Origin: Rikenellaceae bacterium | GTDB taxonomy: Bacteria > Bacteroidota > Bacteroidia > Bacteroidales > Rikenellaceae | Direction of reading: 5' to 3' | DNA length: 64,000 nucleotides | Assembly: GCA_044433415.1 (NCBI GenBank) | Contig: JAWXTP010000002.1 | Coordinates: 5,041 to 69,040, forward strand | Shown: positions 19,089 through 28,140 of the stretch, piece by piece | How the letters are laid out: each line of letters begins with the position of its first letter | Numbering within the stretch: position 1 is the stretch's first letter | Program-made: the position numbers and the translations under genes | Notes under the pieces: generated by a model | What the model saw: only the letters and a program-made list of their open reading frames with translations | The model's database searches: none | Told to the model about the DNA's origin: nothing

Positions 19089-19724
19089 TTATAAGGTCAC
19101 TAATGTAAACATTGCTAAATATCCTACAATTATTCCTACAAAAGTTTGAAGCAAATTGTACTTTCTTAAATACATTGATGCTGTGCCTGAAAGCCCAAAA
19201 CACAATAATAATATTATAAGAAATATATCTATACCCTTAAACCCAAGGTAACCTAAAACATTCAGTGTAGCAACTAATGCACCTAAACCTATTGTGTAAA
19301 CATTTATTCTACAAAAATAAGAAATAGCAATAGTTATAATTGCAGTCAAATTTACAGCAGCAAATATGCGTGCAATAAAATAAATAGGTATTTCATTTAC
19401 AACAAAAAGCTGGATTAACGAGTAAAGCAAAATTGTAGGAACCACAAAGTTAACTTTATCCTTCCTTGAACTCTTGCTATAATCCTTTATTATCCTAAAT
19501 CGTTTTAAAACTAAAAACAATATAAAAGGAGCAAGAAAAATTAGCAATACCAGAAACACCAAAAATACTGTTTGAATATTTATAGTTGAAAATACAAAAA
19601 TATTGCTAATAGACACAAGCATTAATATCAGATATACTGGCATAAGTAGCGGATTTAGAATATTACAAATCGCCTTTGCTAATATATACAAACGTTTTTT
19701 ATTTTTATATGTAATTTCAGACAT
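19089..19724 (-). CDS. Polytopic membrane protein of unknown function
   Basis: It has 6-7 hydrophobic helices and no catalytic motif that I recognise. Confidence 0.55.
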   Translation of the reverse strand: MSEITYKNKKRLYILAKAICNILNPLLMPVYLILMLVSISNIFVFSTINIQTVFLVFLVLLIFLAPFILFLVLKRFRIIKDYSKSSRKDKVNFVVPTILLYSLIQLFVVNEIPIYFIARIFAAVNLTAIITIAISYFCRINVYTIGLGALVATLNVLGYLGFKGIDIFLIILLLCFGLSGTASMYLRKYNLLQTFVGIIVGYLAMFTLVTL

Positions 19725-19740
19725 CTAATAACTTATTAAA

Positions 19741-20934
19741 TTATTCTACATACAAAACCAAACCTTTTAAATACTCACCTTCTGGATGATATATGTTAAC
19801 AGGATGATCAGAAGGTTGTGTTACTTGGTGCAAGATAGACACTTTACGTCCCGCTATGGCTGCTGCTGAAAAAACTGTAGTTCTAAATTGCTCTTTACTT
19901 ACAGCTTGTGAACAACTAAAAGTGAAAAGTATACCACCTTTTTTAATTTTTGTCATAGCTTGCGCATTTATACGCTTATAACCCTGTAGGGCATTAGGCG
20001 TTGCTTTATGGCGTTTTGCAAATGCTGGCGGATCTAATATTATTAAATCATAAAAGTCCTCTTTTAGATTCTTTAAGTAATCAAATGCATCTATAGTTAC
20101 ACCTTTGTGTGTTTCTGCGTAATTATTAATTTCTGCATTTTCTTCAGCACGTGCTACAGCCTTTGCTGAGCAATCTACACTTTCTACCGTTTTAGCACCC
20201 CCTGCTAGAGCATACACACTAAAGCCACCTGTATAACAAAAAGTATTTAACACATTTCTGCCTTTAGAGTAAGTCTCTACAAGTTGTCTATTTTCTCTTT
20301 GGTCTATAAAGAACCCTGTTTTTTGCCCTTCTACCCAGTCTACAATAAATTTATTATTATGCTCAAGCACAACAGTACTAGTAGGAGTTTTATCTTCACG
20401 ATTATCAAACAAATAACCTTCTCTTTCAGTTTCTTCAACACTATCAGGCAATGTTCCTGCACTTTTGTAATAAATTGCAGACACATAGTCTTTCATAACA
20501 GTTTGTAATGCCTCAGCGATAATATTGCGATCTTCGTGCATTCCTAAAGAATGAGATTGCACAACAGCAATATCATTATAAACATCAACAATTAAGCCTG
20601 GTAGCAAGTCTCCCTCACCGTGAACTAATCTGTAACAAGTTGTTTCAGGATTATCTATAAGCCCCATAGCTCGACGTTTAGATAGTGCTGAACCTAGGCG
20701 CATTTCCCACCAGCTGCCGTCTATAGTTTCATTATCAAAAGTCAACACCCTTACAGCGATAGAACCTAGGCTACAATGTCCCTTAGCGATAAACTTTTTA
20801 TCTACAGAATATATTTCAACTATCTGTCCCTCTTCAATTTCTCCATCAGCAGAAGCTATAGCTCCCGAAAATACCCATGGATGAAAACGTTTAAGAGACT
20901 CTTCTTTTCCTTTTTTTAAATATATTTTTGCCAT
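19741..20934 (-). CDS. rlmI: 23S rRNA m5C1962 methyltransferase (PUA + class I SAM MTase)
   Basis: It matches E. coli RlmI end to end as I recall it: KGKEESLKRFHPWVFSGAI, KTGFFIDQRENR, FCYTGGFS, LDPPAF, ILFTFSCS, DHPVNIYHPEGEYLKG. Confidence 0.88.
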   Translation of the reverse strand: MAKIYLKKGKEESLKRFHPWVFSGAIASADGEIEEGQIVEIYSVDKKFIAKGHCSLGSIAVRVLTFDNETIDGSWWEMRLGSALSKRRAMGLIDNPETTCYRLVHGEGDLLPGLIVDVYNDIAVVQSHSLGMHEDRNIIAEALQTVMKDYVSAIYYKSAGTLPDSVEETEREGYLFDNREDKTPTSTVVLEHNNKFIVDWVEGQKTGFFIDQRENRQLVETYSKGRNVLNTFCYTGGFSVYALAGGAKTVESVDCSAKAVARAEENAEINNYAETHKGVTIDAFDYLKNLKEDFYDLIILDPPAFAKRHKATPNALQGYKRINAQAMTKIKKGGILFTFSCSQAVSKEQFRTTVFSAAAIAGRKVSILHQVTQPSDHPVNIYHPEGEYLKGLVLYVE

Positions 20935-20958
20935 TATTTTCGTAATAATTTTGAACAG

Positions 20959-21555
20959 TTATTCCTGTTCTGAATTTTGTTTATTTTGTTTTAATATATT
21001 ATAAATTTCCGCACAAACCCAAGCATCCGTGGCAGCATAACGCATTTGCGCCTCAGTAAGTGTTTTTGCATTCCAATTACTCAACCTCTGTGCTTTAGAA
21101 ATTTTACCGTTAAGAACTATAGCCGATATTTTCTTAAGACCTAACTCTTTTATACCATAACCACCAACGATTTTTTGCAAATCTACAAAACTTCGAGGAT
21201 AAAACTTCTGATTTACTTTAGTGATTCTTTTTATATCATCATCTATAGCAAGTCCCACTTTAGTAATTCTTCGTGATTGCAATACTAGTAAAACTTCACG
21301 AGAAAGAGGCATTTTGTTAACCCTAAAAAGGTAAGCTCTTTCTTTCGAAGATATCTGAACAAGTGAAATTTTATCTGGCACACCCTTAGTAAAAGTAGGC
21401 TTGTTTTCTGTATCAAAACCTAAGACACTTTGTGATTTAAGGTATTCAGCTGCTTCTTTTTGCTCAGCTTCGGTTTGTACAACAAAGATTTCTCCCTCAA
21501 ATTGTATTGATTCAAGGGCATTGACTTCGTCATTTGAAATATTTTGTTTGTACAT
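20959..21555 (-). CDS. DEDD-type 3'-5' exonuclease domain protein (RNase D / WRN-exo like)
   Basis: Motif I is VLGFDTE and motif III is YAATDAWV. Confidence 0.8.
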   Translation of the reverse strand: MYKQNISNDEVNALESIQFEGEIFVVQTEAEQKEAAEYLKSQSVLGFDTENKPTFTKGVPDKISLVQISSKERAYLFRVNKMPLSREVLLVLQSRRITKVGLAIDDDIKRITKVNQKFYPRSFVDLQKIVGGYGIKELGLKKISAIVLNGKISKAQRLSNWNAKTLTEAQMRYAATDAWVCAEIYNILKQNKQNSEQE

Positions 21556-21637
21556 TCTAGTTAATTAAATTATATTGTTTACTACCAAATCCAACAAAGA
21601 TAGGCAATTTTTACAAAATAGCATTATTTAAAACTAA

Positions 21638-21671
21638 AAAAACAGCTAATACCTCAATATTAGCTGTTTTT
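21638..21671 (-). terminator. Rho-independent terminator after the HDIG gene
   Basis: AAAAACAGCTAATA pairs with TATTAGCTGTTTTT in a 14-bp stem with a 6-nt loop. A T-run follows on the minus strand. Confidence 0.8.
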
Positions 21672-21692
21672 ACTTATATTTAAAGACCATAT

Positions 21693-23702
21693 TTACCTTT
21701 CTGGGTAAACTATACGAGTATGATAAATATTAGATAACTTCTCAACAAATACTGCTTTAACATCAGCAATTTCTCTTAAAGTTATAGGAGCTTCATTAAA
21801 TTGACCTTCATCTATCTGTTTATCAATAATCTTATTTACTAAACCAGATATTGCTTCTAATGTATACTCTTTCATGGAGCGACTTGCAGCCTCAATACTA
21901 TCTGCCATCATACAAATTGCAGCTTCCTTTGAATCTGGCAGATGCCCTGAATAAGAGAATATGGATTCATCTATTGGTTCTCCATATTTTGACACGTAAG
22001 CATGATAGAAAAAGAAAATCTTAGATGTACCGTGGTGAGAAATTATAAAATCTGAAATTTTATTTGGCAGATTATATTTTCTTGCTAATTTTAACCCAGC
22101 GGTAACATGCCCTTTTATATACTCAACACTTTGAAGTGGCTCTAGCTTATCATGTGGACTATAACCATCTGAGACATTCTCTATAAAGTAAACAGGCGCA
22201 TCTATTTTTCCTATATCATGATATAACGCACCAGTACGAGCAAGCAATGAGTTTGCACCTATCTTAGAAGCCGCAGCTGCTGTTAGGTTTGCAACCTGTA
22301 ATGAGTGTTGAAAAGTCCCTGGTGCTTTTTGTGCTAACTCTTGAAGTAAAGGCTTATTAGTATCACAAAGCTCAAATAAGGTAATATTTGTCACAAAGCC
22401 AAACACAGACTCAAACAAATAAATCAATTGATAAAGAGCTAGCATTGCACACACGTTAACAACAAACCACATCATATCTAGCCATTCTATAGAATTAAAC
22501 GTTTGATTTCTAATAAAATTAAACGCTATATATCCAAGACAATATACCAATAACATTATACCAGTAGCTATAAAAACCCTATTTCTATGATAAGAATCCT
22601 GCACAATAAAAGTTGCCGCAAGCCCTGCTGTCAAATTCAAGAACATTAGCTCAAATGGTATAGGAGTAATATACAAACACAGCAACAGCACTGTTACAAA
22701 TTCAAAGATACTCATTCTTATATCATAAAAAGTAATGACATACAAAGGAACTATAGCATAAGGTATCATGTACAGACTTAAAGTATCAGAAGCCTCAACT
22801 AAGCGCGTAGCCAACATCATACATATAAAAACAAATAGTATGAATACTACATTTCCAAATTTCTCTGAATATTCTTTTCTAAAATTAATTTGGAAGAAAT
22901 AATTTAAAGTAAGAAGCAAAGCTACAAAAATAAAGTTACCCAAAATTATATGCCAAGTAGATGATTCTCCCTTTAAATCTGCATATTCATCAAGGTAAGA
23001 ATCTAATATATTCTTTTCTTTCTCCCCTATAAAGTCGCCCTTTTTAATCAAGCCTGCACCCTTTGGCAAGAACCCTTTAGCAATACTTATTTCTTTTTTC
23101 TCTTCTTCTTTAAATTCAGAAGTTAATTTCTCTTCGTATACAACATTATCAATAATCAAATCTGAAACTTCTAACTGAGTTTCATTTTTTAATATTTTAT
23201 TTAAATGTGCATTTATATATTCTGACGCAGTTTGTGGCGTGTAAAATGCAGATGTTGCAACAAGTATAAGAGTTTTTCCTTTTCGCATTCGAACTATAGG
23301 CGCAGTACTTTGCCTTTCTCTCATACTAATTACCCCTACATCATAAATAGCAGTAATTACTTTGTTGAGTTCTTTACCAATTTGTTGAGAAACGCTTAAC
23401 TTTGTAGAGTTCAAAATGGATGAATCAGGTACTTCATACTTTTTTGTTAATTTTTGAAGTGCTTCAATAGCTACATTTTCATCTAATGAATAAATAGGAA
23501 TGAAATTTTTCTCAAAATTGTCATAATCTGCCTCCAAGTCTTCTTTTGTTTTTAGAACCTGAAAGTCAAACTCTGCTGTTAAGTCATTATAATTCCAATG
23601 CTCCCCCAAGATATATTTATAATTACCCTCAATAGGAATAAGCAAAGTTAGAATTACAGTTGCAACAACAAATGCTAATAAAATTTTTATTTTTATTTTC
23701 AT
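21693..23702 (-). CDS. 7TM-receptor HDIG-domain phosphohydrolase (7TMR-HDED / YqfF-like)
   Basis: It has an extracytoplasmic N-domain, 7 TM helices, then an HD domain with QHSLQV, ALYHDIGK and ISHHGT. Confidence 0.85.
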   Translation of the reverse strand: MKIKIKILLAFVVATVILTLLIPIEGNYKYILGEHWNYNDLTAEFDFQVLKTKEDLEADYDNFEKNFIPIYSLDENVAIEALQKLTKKYEVPDSSILNSTKLSVSQQIGKELNKVITAIYDVGVISMRERQSTAPIVRMRKGKTLILVATSAFYTPQTASEYINAHLNKILKNETQLEVSDLIIDNVVYEEKLTSEFKEEEKKEISIAKGFLPKGAGLIKKGDFIGEKEKNILDSYLDEYADLKGESSTWHIILGNFIFVALLLTLNYFFQINFRKEYSEKFGNVVFILFVFICMMLATRLVEASDTLSLYMIPYAIVPLYVITFYDIRMSIFEFVTVLLLCLYITPIPFELMFLNLTAGLAATFIVQDSYHRNRVFIATGIMLLVYCLGYIAFNFIRNQTFNSIEWLDMMWFVVNVCAMLALYQLIYLFESVFGFVTNITLFELCDTNKPLLQELAQKAPGTFQHSLQVANLTAAAASKIGANSLLARTGALYHDIGKIDAPVYFIENVSDGYSPHDKLEPLQSVEYIKGHVTAGLKLARKYNLPNKISDFIISHHGTSKIFFFYHAYVSKYGEPIDESIFSYSGHLPDSKEAAICMMADSIEAASRSMKEYTLEAISGLVNKIIDKQIDEGQFNEAPITLREIADVKAVFVEKLSNIYHTRIVYPER

Positions 23703-23725
23703 CTTTATAATATTTTAAAACAAAA

Positions 23726-23759
23726 GGCACTTCTAAATAATTGGGTTTTAGAAGCTCCC
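23726..23759. repeat. REP-like element (variant arms)
   Basis: GGCACTTCT lies at 23726-23734 and AGAAGCTCCC at 23750-23759. It sits directly after the YitT gene 3' end. Confidence 0.55.
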
Positions 23760-23763
23760 TAAA

Positions 23764-24681
23764 TTACATTGATTTTTTAAAACGTTTAAAACCATCACCT
23801 AGAGTTTCATGTACATTTACAACGACAGTAAAAGCATTCTCATCTACTTCCATAATAAATGATTTAACAAGAGTCACTTCACGACGATTTACCACAACAA
23901 ACATCATTTCTTTTGCCTCTGTAGTATACATACCACTTGATTTTATATATGTCCCTCCACGTTCAAGGTCGTTAATTATATAGTCTCTAATCTTTTCATG
24001 TTCCTTAGATATAATTAAAATCATTTTATCATTTGAAGCTCCTTCAAGTATATAGTCTATAACTTGCACGCATGAAAATATGGTAATTATTGAATAAAGA
24101 GGCAGTTTCCAATCTTTAAAAACTATCAACCCTATTAAAACAATAATACTTTCAACAATAATAATAGCCTTTGATAATGACAATTTCGAATATTTAGAAA
24201 TTATCATCGACACTATATCCGTTCCTCCACTTGTTGCGTTGGATTTAAAAATAAGGCCTAAACCTGCACCCGATATTACACCTCCAAAAATTGAAGCTAG
24301 TAATATATCGTTACTTAAATTTATTGTTCCTTTTAACATTGTTTCAGGATTTTCTCCAATATAATAAGTAAATAAATTCATAAATATTGGAGTTAATACA
24401 GCTGCAAATATTGTCCTTGCACCTGACTTAGCACCAAAAACTTTAAAAGACAACAATAAAAGTGGAATATCGAAACACAAACCAAACGTTCCCACTTGAA
24501 TATTATGAAAGAAGTGGTGAAATATAATACCTAAGCCATAAACACCCCCTGGGATTATTTTATAAGGATTTATAAACAAAACGTAACCTCCAGAAAGTAA
24601 AATTGTACCGAGAATTATACTTATCCAAGACAGTGTCCACTGCTTAGTAAAAGGAATTAAAGATTTAGGTAAATTGTTCAT
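23764..24681 (-). CDS. YitT-family membrane protein (DUF2179 C-terminal domain)
   Basis: Five TM helices are followed by a soluble C-terminal domain (GGTYIKSSGMYT...VVNVHETLG) typical of YitT/DUF2179. Confidence 0.82.
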   Translation of the reverse strand: MNNLPKSLIPFTKQWTLSWISIILGTILLSGGYVLFINPYKIIPGGVYGLGIIFHHFFHNIQVGTFGLCFDIPLLLLSFKVFGAKSGARTIFAAVLTPIFMNLFTYYIGENPETMLKGTINLSNDILLASIFGGVISGAGLGLIFKSNATSGGTDIVSMIISKYSKLSLSKAIIIVESIIVLIGLIVFKDWKLPLYSIITIFSCVQVIDYILEGASNDKMILIISKEHEKIRDYIINDLERGGTYIKSSGMYTTEAKEMMFVVVNRREVTLVKSFIMEVDENAFTVVVNVHETLGDGFKRFKKSM

Positions 24682-24696
24682 TACAAAAAAAAATAT

Positions 24697-24704
24697 TATA
24701 TTTG
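24697..24704 (+). promoter_or_regulatory. -7 box TAtaTTTG upstream of plsY
   Basis: TATATTTG lies 106 nt before the plsY ATG, in the divergent gap shared with the YitT gene. Confidence 0.4.
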
Positions 24705-24809
24705 CCCCAGAAATTGTTGCTAAATTACCGATTTTGGGAACAAAGTGTAAGTAATGTGAATGTTAGTAATTTCTATTCGCAAATATAATTTAAAAATTTC
24801 ATTTTTGAT

Positions 24810-25445
24810 ATGATACAGAACATTTTTTTAATAATTATAGCATATTTATTAGGCTCTATTTCAAGTGCAGTTTGGATTGGTAAACGTTTTTATGGTGTTG
24901 ACGTTCGTGAACATGGTAGCAAAAATGCTGGTGCAACCAACGTAATGCGTGTTTTAGGGCGGAAAGCTGCTGCTCCTGTATTCATAATAGATTTCATGAA
25001 AGGTTTTGTAGCTGTTAAGTTAGCTCTTCTAGCAGTTGGACTTGATAACGACCCCTCTCAAGAGTTTTATATGGAAATGGCATTAGCTGTCGCAGCTGTT
25101 TTGGGTCATATTTTCCCTATATTTGCTAAATTTAAAGGTGGCAAAGGTGTTGCAACTATCGCGGGCGCAGCATTAAGCATGACAACAATCCCCATATTAT
25201 TGTCTTTAGCTACTTTTATTATAGTATTACTTATCACAAAATATGTGTCTTTAGGCTCAATGGCTGGAGGCATAGGCTATCCTCTATTTTTATTGTTTGT
25301 TGAAAAAGAATCAATAGAACAAATTATATTTGGCGTTGTTATTGCCATAGCTTTAATTATTACGCATAGGAAAAATATCAAACGTCTTATTAAGGGCGAA
25401 GAGTCTAAAACCTATTTAATCAGAAAATGGAAGAAAAAAGAATAG
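24810..25445 (+). CDS. plsY: Glycerol-3-phosphate acyltransferase PlsY
   Basis: It has GSKNAGATNV and FKGGKGVAT motifs and a multi-TM profile. Confidence 0.93.
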   Translation: MIQNIFLIIIAYLLGSISSAVWIGKRFYGVDVREHGSKNAGATNVMRVLGRKAAAPVFIIDFMKGFVAVKLALLAVGLDNDPSQEFYMEMALAVAAVLGHIFPIFAKFKGGKGVATIAGAALSMTTIPILLSLATFIIVLLITKYVSLGSMAGGIGYPLFLLFVEKESIEQIIFGVVIAIALIITHRKNIKRLIKGEESKTYLIRKWKKKE

Positions 25446-25903
25446 CCTTATATCCAGGCTCTTTCGATCCCTTTACTTTAGGTCATAAAGTTATTGTCGA
25501 AGAATCAATGAGATTATTTGACGAGATCGTTATCGCCATAGGCGAAAATAGCAATAAAAAATCTTTTATTCCATTAAAAAAACGCATTGAGCTCATAGAG
25601 AAATGTTTTATTGGTTGCAGTAAGGTAAAAGTAGTTTCTTACAAGGGACTAACTGCTGAGTATTGTCGTTCGAACAACATTAATTTTATTGTTCGTGGCA
25701 TAAGAAATACTGTAGATTTTGAATTTGAGCGCTCAATAGCTGGGGTTAACAAAAAAATCAACCCCAACATAGAAACTATATTCCTTATGACACCTGTAGA
25801 GTATTCAGAAATATCTTCAACCATTGTACGAGAAATAGTAATCAATGGTGGCGACCCTTCGGCTTTTATGCCAAAAGAAATCACCTTAAGGGAACTTCTA
25901 TAA
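25427..25903 (+). CDS. coaD: Phosphopantetheine adenylyltransferase
   Basis: It has the YPGSFDPFTLGH nucleotidyltransferase motif and ISSTIVRE. It overlaps plsY by 19 nt. Confidence 0.95.
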   Translation: MEEKRIALYPGSFDPFTLGHKVIVEESMRLFDEIVIAIGENSNKKSFIPLKKRIELIEKCFIGCSKVKVVSYKGLTAEYCRSNNINFIVRGIRNTVDFEFERSIAGVNKKINPNIETIFLMTPVEYSEISSTIVREIVINGGDPSAFMPKEITLRELL

Positions 25904-25910
25904 ACTCCAC
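25890..25910 (-). repeat. REP-like element overlapping the coaD stop codon
   Basis: GGGAACTTCTATAAACTCCAC is the element. The codons GAA CTT CTA TAA (E L L stop) of coaD are part of the repeat arm. Confidence 0.6.
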
Positions 25911-25920
25911 TTAGAAGACA

Positions 25921-27117
25921 TTACAACTTTTTAAGTTGCACTCTCATTGTGGTGCCTTTACCAAGTTCGCTATTGGCTACAAAGATATGGCCAGTATGGT
26001 AATCTTCAACTATACGTTTACTTAAAGATAATCCTAATCCCCAACCTCTAGTTTTAGTTGTAAAACCTGGGTTAAAGACTTTTTGTTGATTAGATTTAGA
26101 TATTCCTTTACCAGTATCCTCAACACTTATGTATATCCATTTTGCATCATCTTTAACCGTCACAGTTATGGAACCTTTTCCTGAAAGTGCGTCTAAAGCG
26201 TTTTTCAATAAATTCTCTATCACCCACTCAAATAACGCTTCATTAACAGAAGCCTGTAGAGGTAAGTCTGTAGAAGTATTGTAAATCAACTGTACATTTT
26301 TAGGAATCCTTGTCTTAAAATAACTTACTGCGTTTTCTACTATTTCAAAAATATTTTTCGGTGCTAAAATAGTCTTAGAGCCAATTTTTGAGAACCTATC
26401 AACGACTTTTAGAAGACGAGTTATATCTTTATTCATTTCTTCAACAACAAATTCCTCCACATCTTGGTTACGCAAATATTCAATCCAACCTAACAATGAA
26501 GATGTAGGCGTTCCCAATTGGTGAGCTGTTTCTTTTGCCATACCTATCCATACCCTGTTTTGTTCATCGTGCTTAGAGGTCGTAAATATTACAAAAGCAA
26601 ACACAATAAAGATAAATATCACACTAAGTTGAATATACGGAAAATACCTAAGTTGCTTTAAAAGTGTTGACTCACTATAAAAGATATATATGCTATCTGT
26701 ATTAAACAAAGACAGCTCTATAACCTCATTCATAGTTGCCATTTTCTCAAGTTCCTCACGTAATCTTTTAGGAGAATTAATAATTTCCTCATCTACATTG
26801 GAATAATCTATTACATTATAATTCCTATCTGTCACTATCGAAGGTATGGTACTATTTGCTTCTATGATTTCTGACAAGAGACGATGAAAATGATTCATCT
26901 CTCTATGCGATAAAGCCTGATTACTATTTCCTATCATAGACATAGCATGAGACCATAGTTGGACTTCACTTTTCTCTCTATTTGATATTTTCTGTACCAC
27001 ACTACTTGTAAATAATAAAGATGTAATCCCTATAATTAAACCTGTAGCAATAAATAATAATTTTCTTTTATAGCTTATTTGAGTTGAAAATAAATTGAAA
27101 GTATTGTTTTTTGCCAT
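25921..27117 (-). CDS. Orphan membrane sensor histidine kinase
   Basis: It has two TM segments, the H-box ETAHQLGTPTSSLLGW, an N-box ENLLKNALDA and a G-box GWGLGLSLSKRIV. No response regulator gene is adjacent. Confidence 0.85.
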   Translation of the reverse strand: MAKNNTFNLFSTQISYKRKLLFIATGLIIGITSLLFTSSVVQKISNREKSEVQLWSHAMSMIGNSNQALSHREMNHFHRLLSEIIEANSTIPSIVTDRNYNVIDYSNVDEEIINSPKRLREELEKMATMNEVIELSLFNTDSIYIFYSESTLLKQLRYFPYIQLSVIFIFIVFAFVIFTTSKHDEQNRVWIGMAKETAHQLGTPTSSLLGWIEYLRNQDVEEFVVEEMNKDITRLLKVVDRFSKIGSKTILAPKNIFEIVENAVSYFKTRIPKNVQLIYNTSTDLPLQASVNEALFEWVIENLLKNALDALSGKGSITVTVKDDAKWIYISVEDTGKGISKSNQQKVFNPGFTTKTRGWGLGLSLSKRIVEDYHTGHIFVANSELGKGTTMRVQLKKL

Positions 27118-27178
27118 AGCGCATTATTTTAAAAATAAAAGTTCGTTAAGATAACCTCAAAGATAGTAAAAATATTAC

Positions 27179-27186
27179 TATCTTTG
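27179..27186 (+). promoter_or_regulatory. -7 box TAtcTTTG upstream of the DUF4271-like gene
   Basis: TATCTTTG lies 82 nt before ATG 27268. A REP-like copy sits between this box and the start codon. Confidence 0.45.
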
Positions 27187-27198
27187 CAAAAAATAAAA

Positions 27199-27244
27199 GG
27201 GGGGAGTTCTAATAATTGATTTTATTCGATTTTTAGAAGTTTCC
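27199..27244 (+). repeat. 46-bp REP-like element (AATAATTGRTTTTATTCGATTTT subfamily)
   Basis: GGGGGGAGTTCTAATAATTGATTTTATTCGATTTTTAGAAGTTTCC is nearly identical over its left part to 8975-9010 and 61429-61465. Confidence 0.8.
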
Positions 27245-27267
27245 TAAATAGTCCCCAATTTAATATT

Positions 27268-28053
27268 ATGCAAGACTCTTTGAAAATAGATAGCCTAGTT
27301 GCCTTGTCACCTAAATCCATAGTTTTAGGTAACAAAGCTGAACTTTGTAGCACCTTAGAAAACAACTCTAACGTCTATGCTAATTCTTATATACTTAACG
27401 AAACCCTTACAGTTGTCTCATTATTGTTTATTGTTGCATTTTTTTGTTGTACTATTTATTACAATAAATCAATTGTAAGATCTATTTTAAATTTTCCATT
27501 TTCTAAATTCTCAGAAGACAATTTAAGAGATTCAAATGATTTAAAAGTAATCAAGGTATTACAACAATTCTCATTACTTTACGTTTTATCATTGACACTA
27601 GGTTTTTTAAAAATAGGTGAAGTAACTTACTTCTCTACAAAGATAGAACCGTTAAATAAATACGGAGCGCTTATTTTTATAATCTATATGTTATTATACA
27701 ATATCTATGTAAAAACAGCAAATTCTGCACTTGAGTGGTATAATTTTCAAAATTATTTCTTTCGCGAGTATTGGTTTGAGAAAAATTTGATTTGTTCATT
27801 TTTAGGCATAATTGCCACTCCATGTGTAATTTTATGTGTTTTTGCCTCGTCAAATGTGATATTTTATACTAAATACGTGTTTTTTTTCATCGCAATAACT
27901 AGTATTGGTTATTATTTGATAAAAACTTATCGTTTTTTTAAACTAAAAAATGTTTCATTATTGCAATATATTTTGTACTTTTGTACCGTTGAATTTATTC
28001 CAATTTCTTTGTTATACGTTGTAATAAACAGATATTTGGACGTTTACTTTTAA
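27268..28053 (+). CDS. DUF4271-like polytopic membrane protein
   Basis: It has six or more TM helices. Its position immediately upstream of a HemD-like gene matches the arrangement I recall as conserved in Bacteroidota. Confidence 0.65.
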   Translation: MQDSLKIDSLVALSPKSIVLGNKAELCSTLENNSNVYANSYILNETLTVVSLLFIVAFFCCTIYYNKSIVRSILNFPFSKFSEDNLRDSNDLKVIKVLQQFSLLYVLSLTLGFLKIGEVTYFSTKIEPLNKYGALIFIIYMLLYNIYVKTANSALEWYNFQNYFFREYWFEKNLICSFLGIIATPCVILCVFASSNVIFYTKYVFFFIAITSIGYYLIKTYRFFKLKNVSLLQYILYFCTVEFIPISLLYVVINRYLDVYF

Positions 28054-28140
28054 GGAAACCTCACATACATTATTACAAAAAATAAAGAAATAAATTTAAC
28101 AAATTATTTATTAAGCAGCTTTAACTTAAATCTATATATT

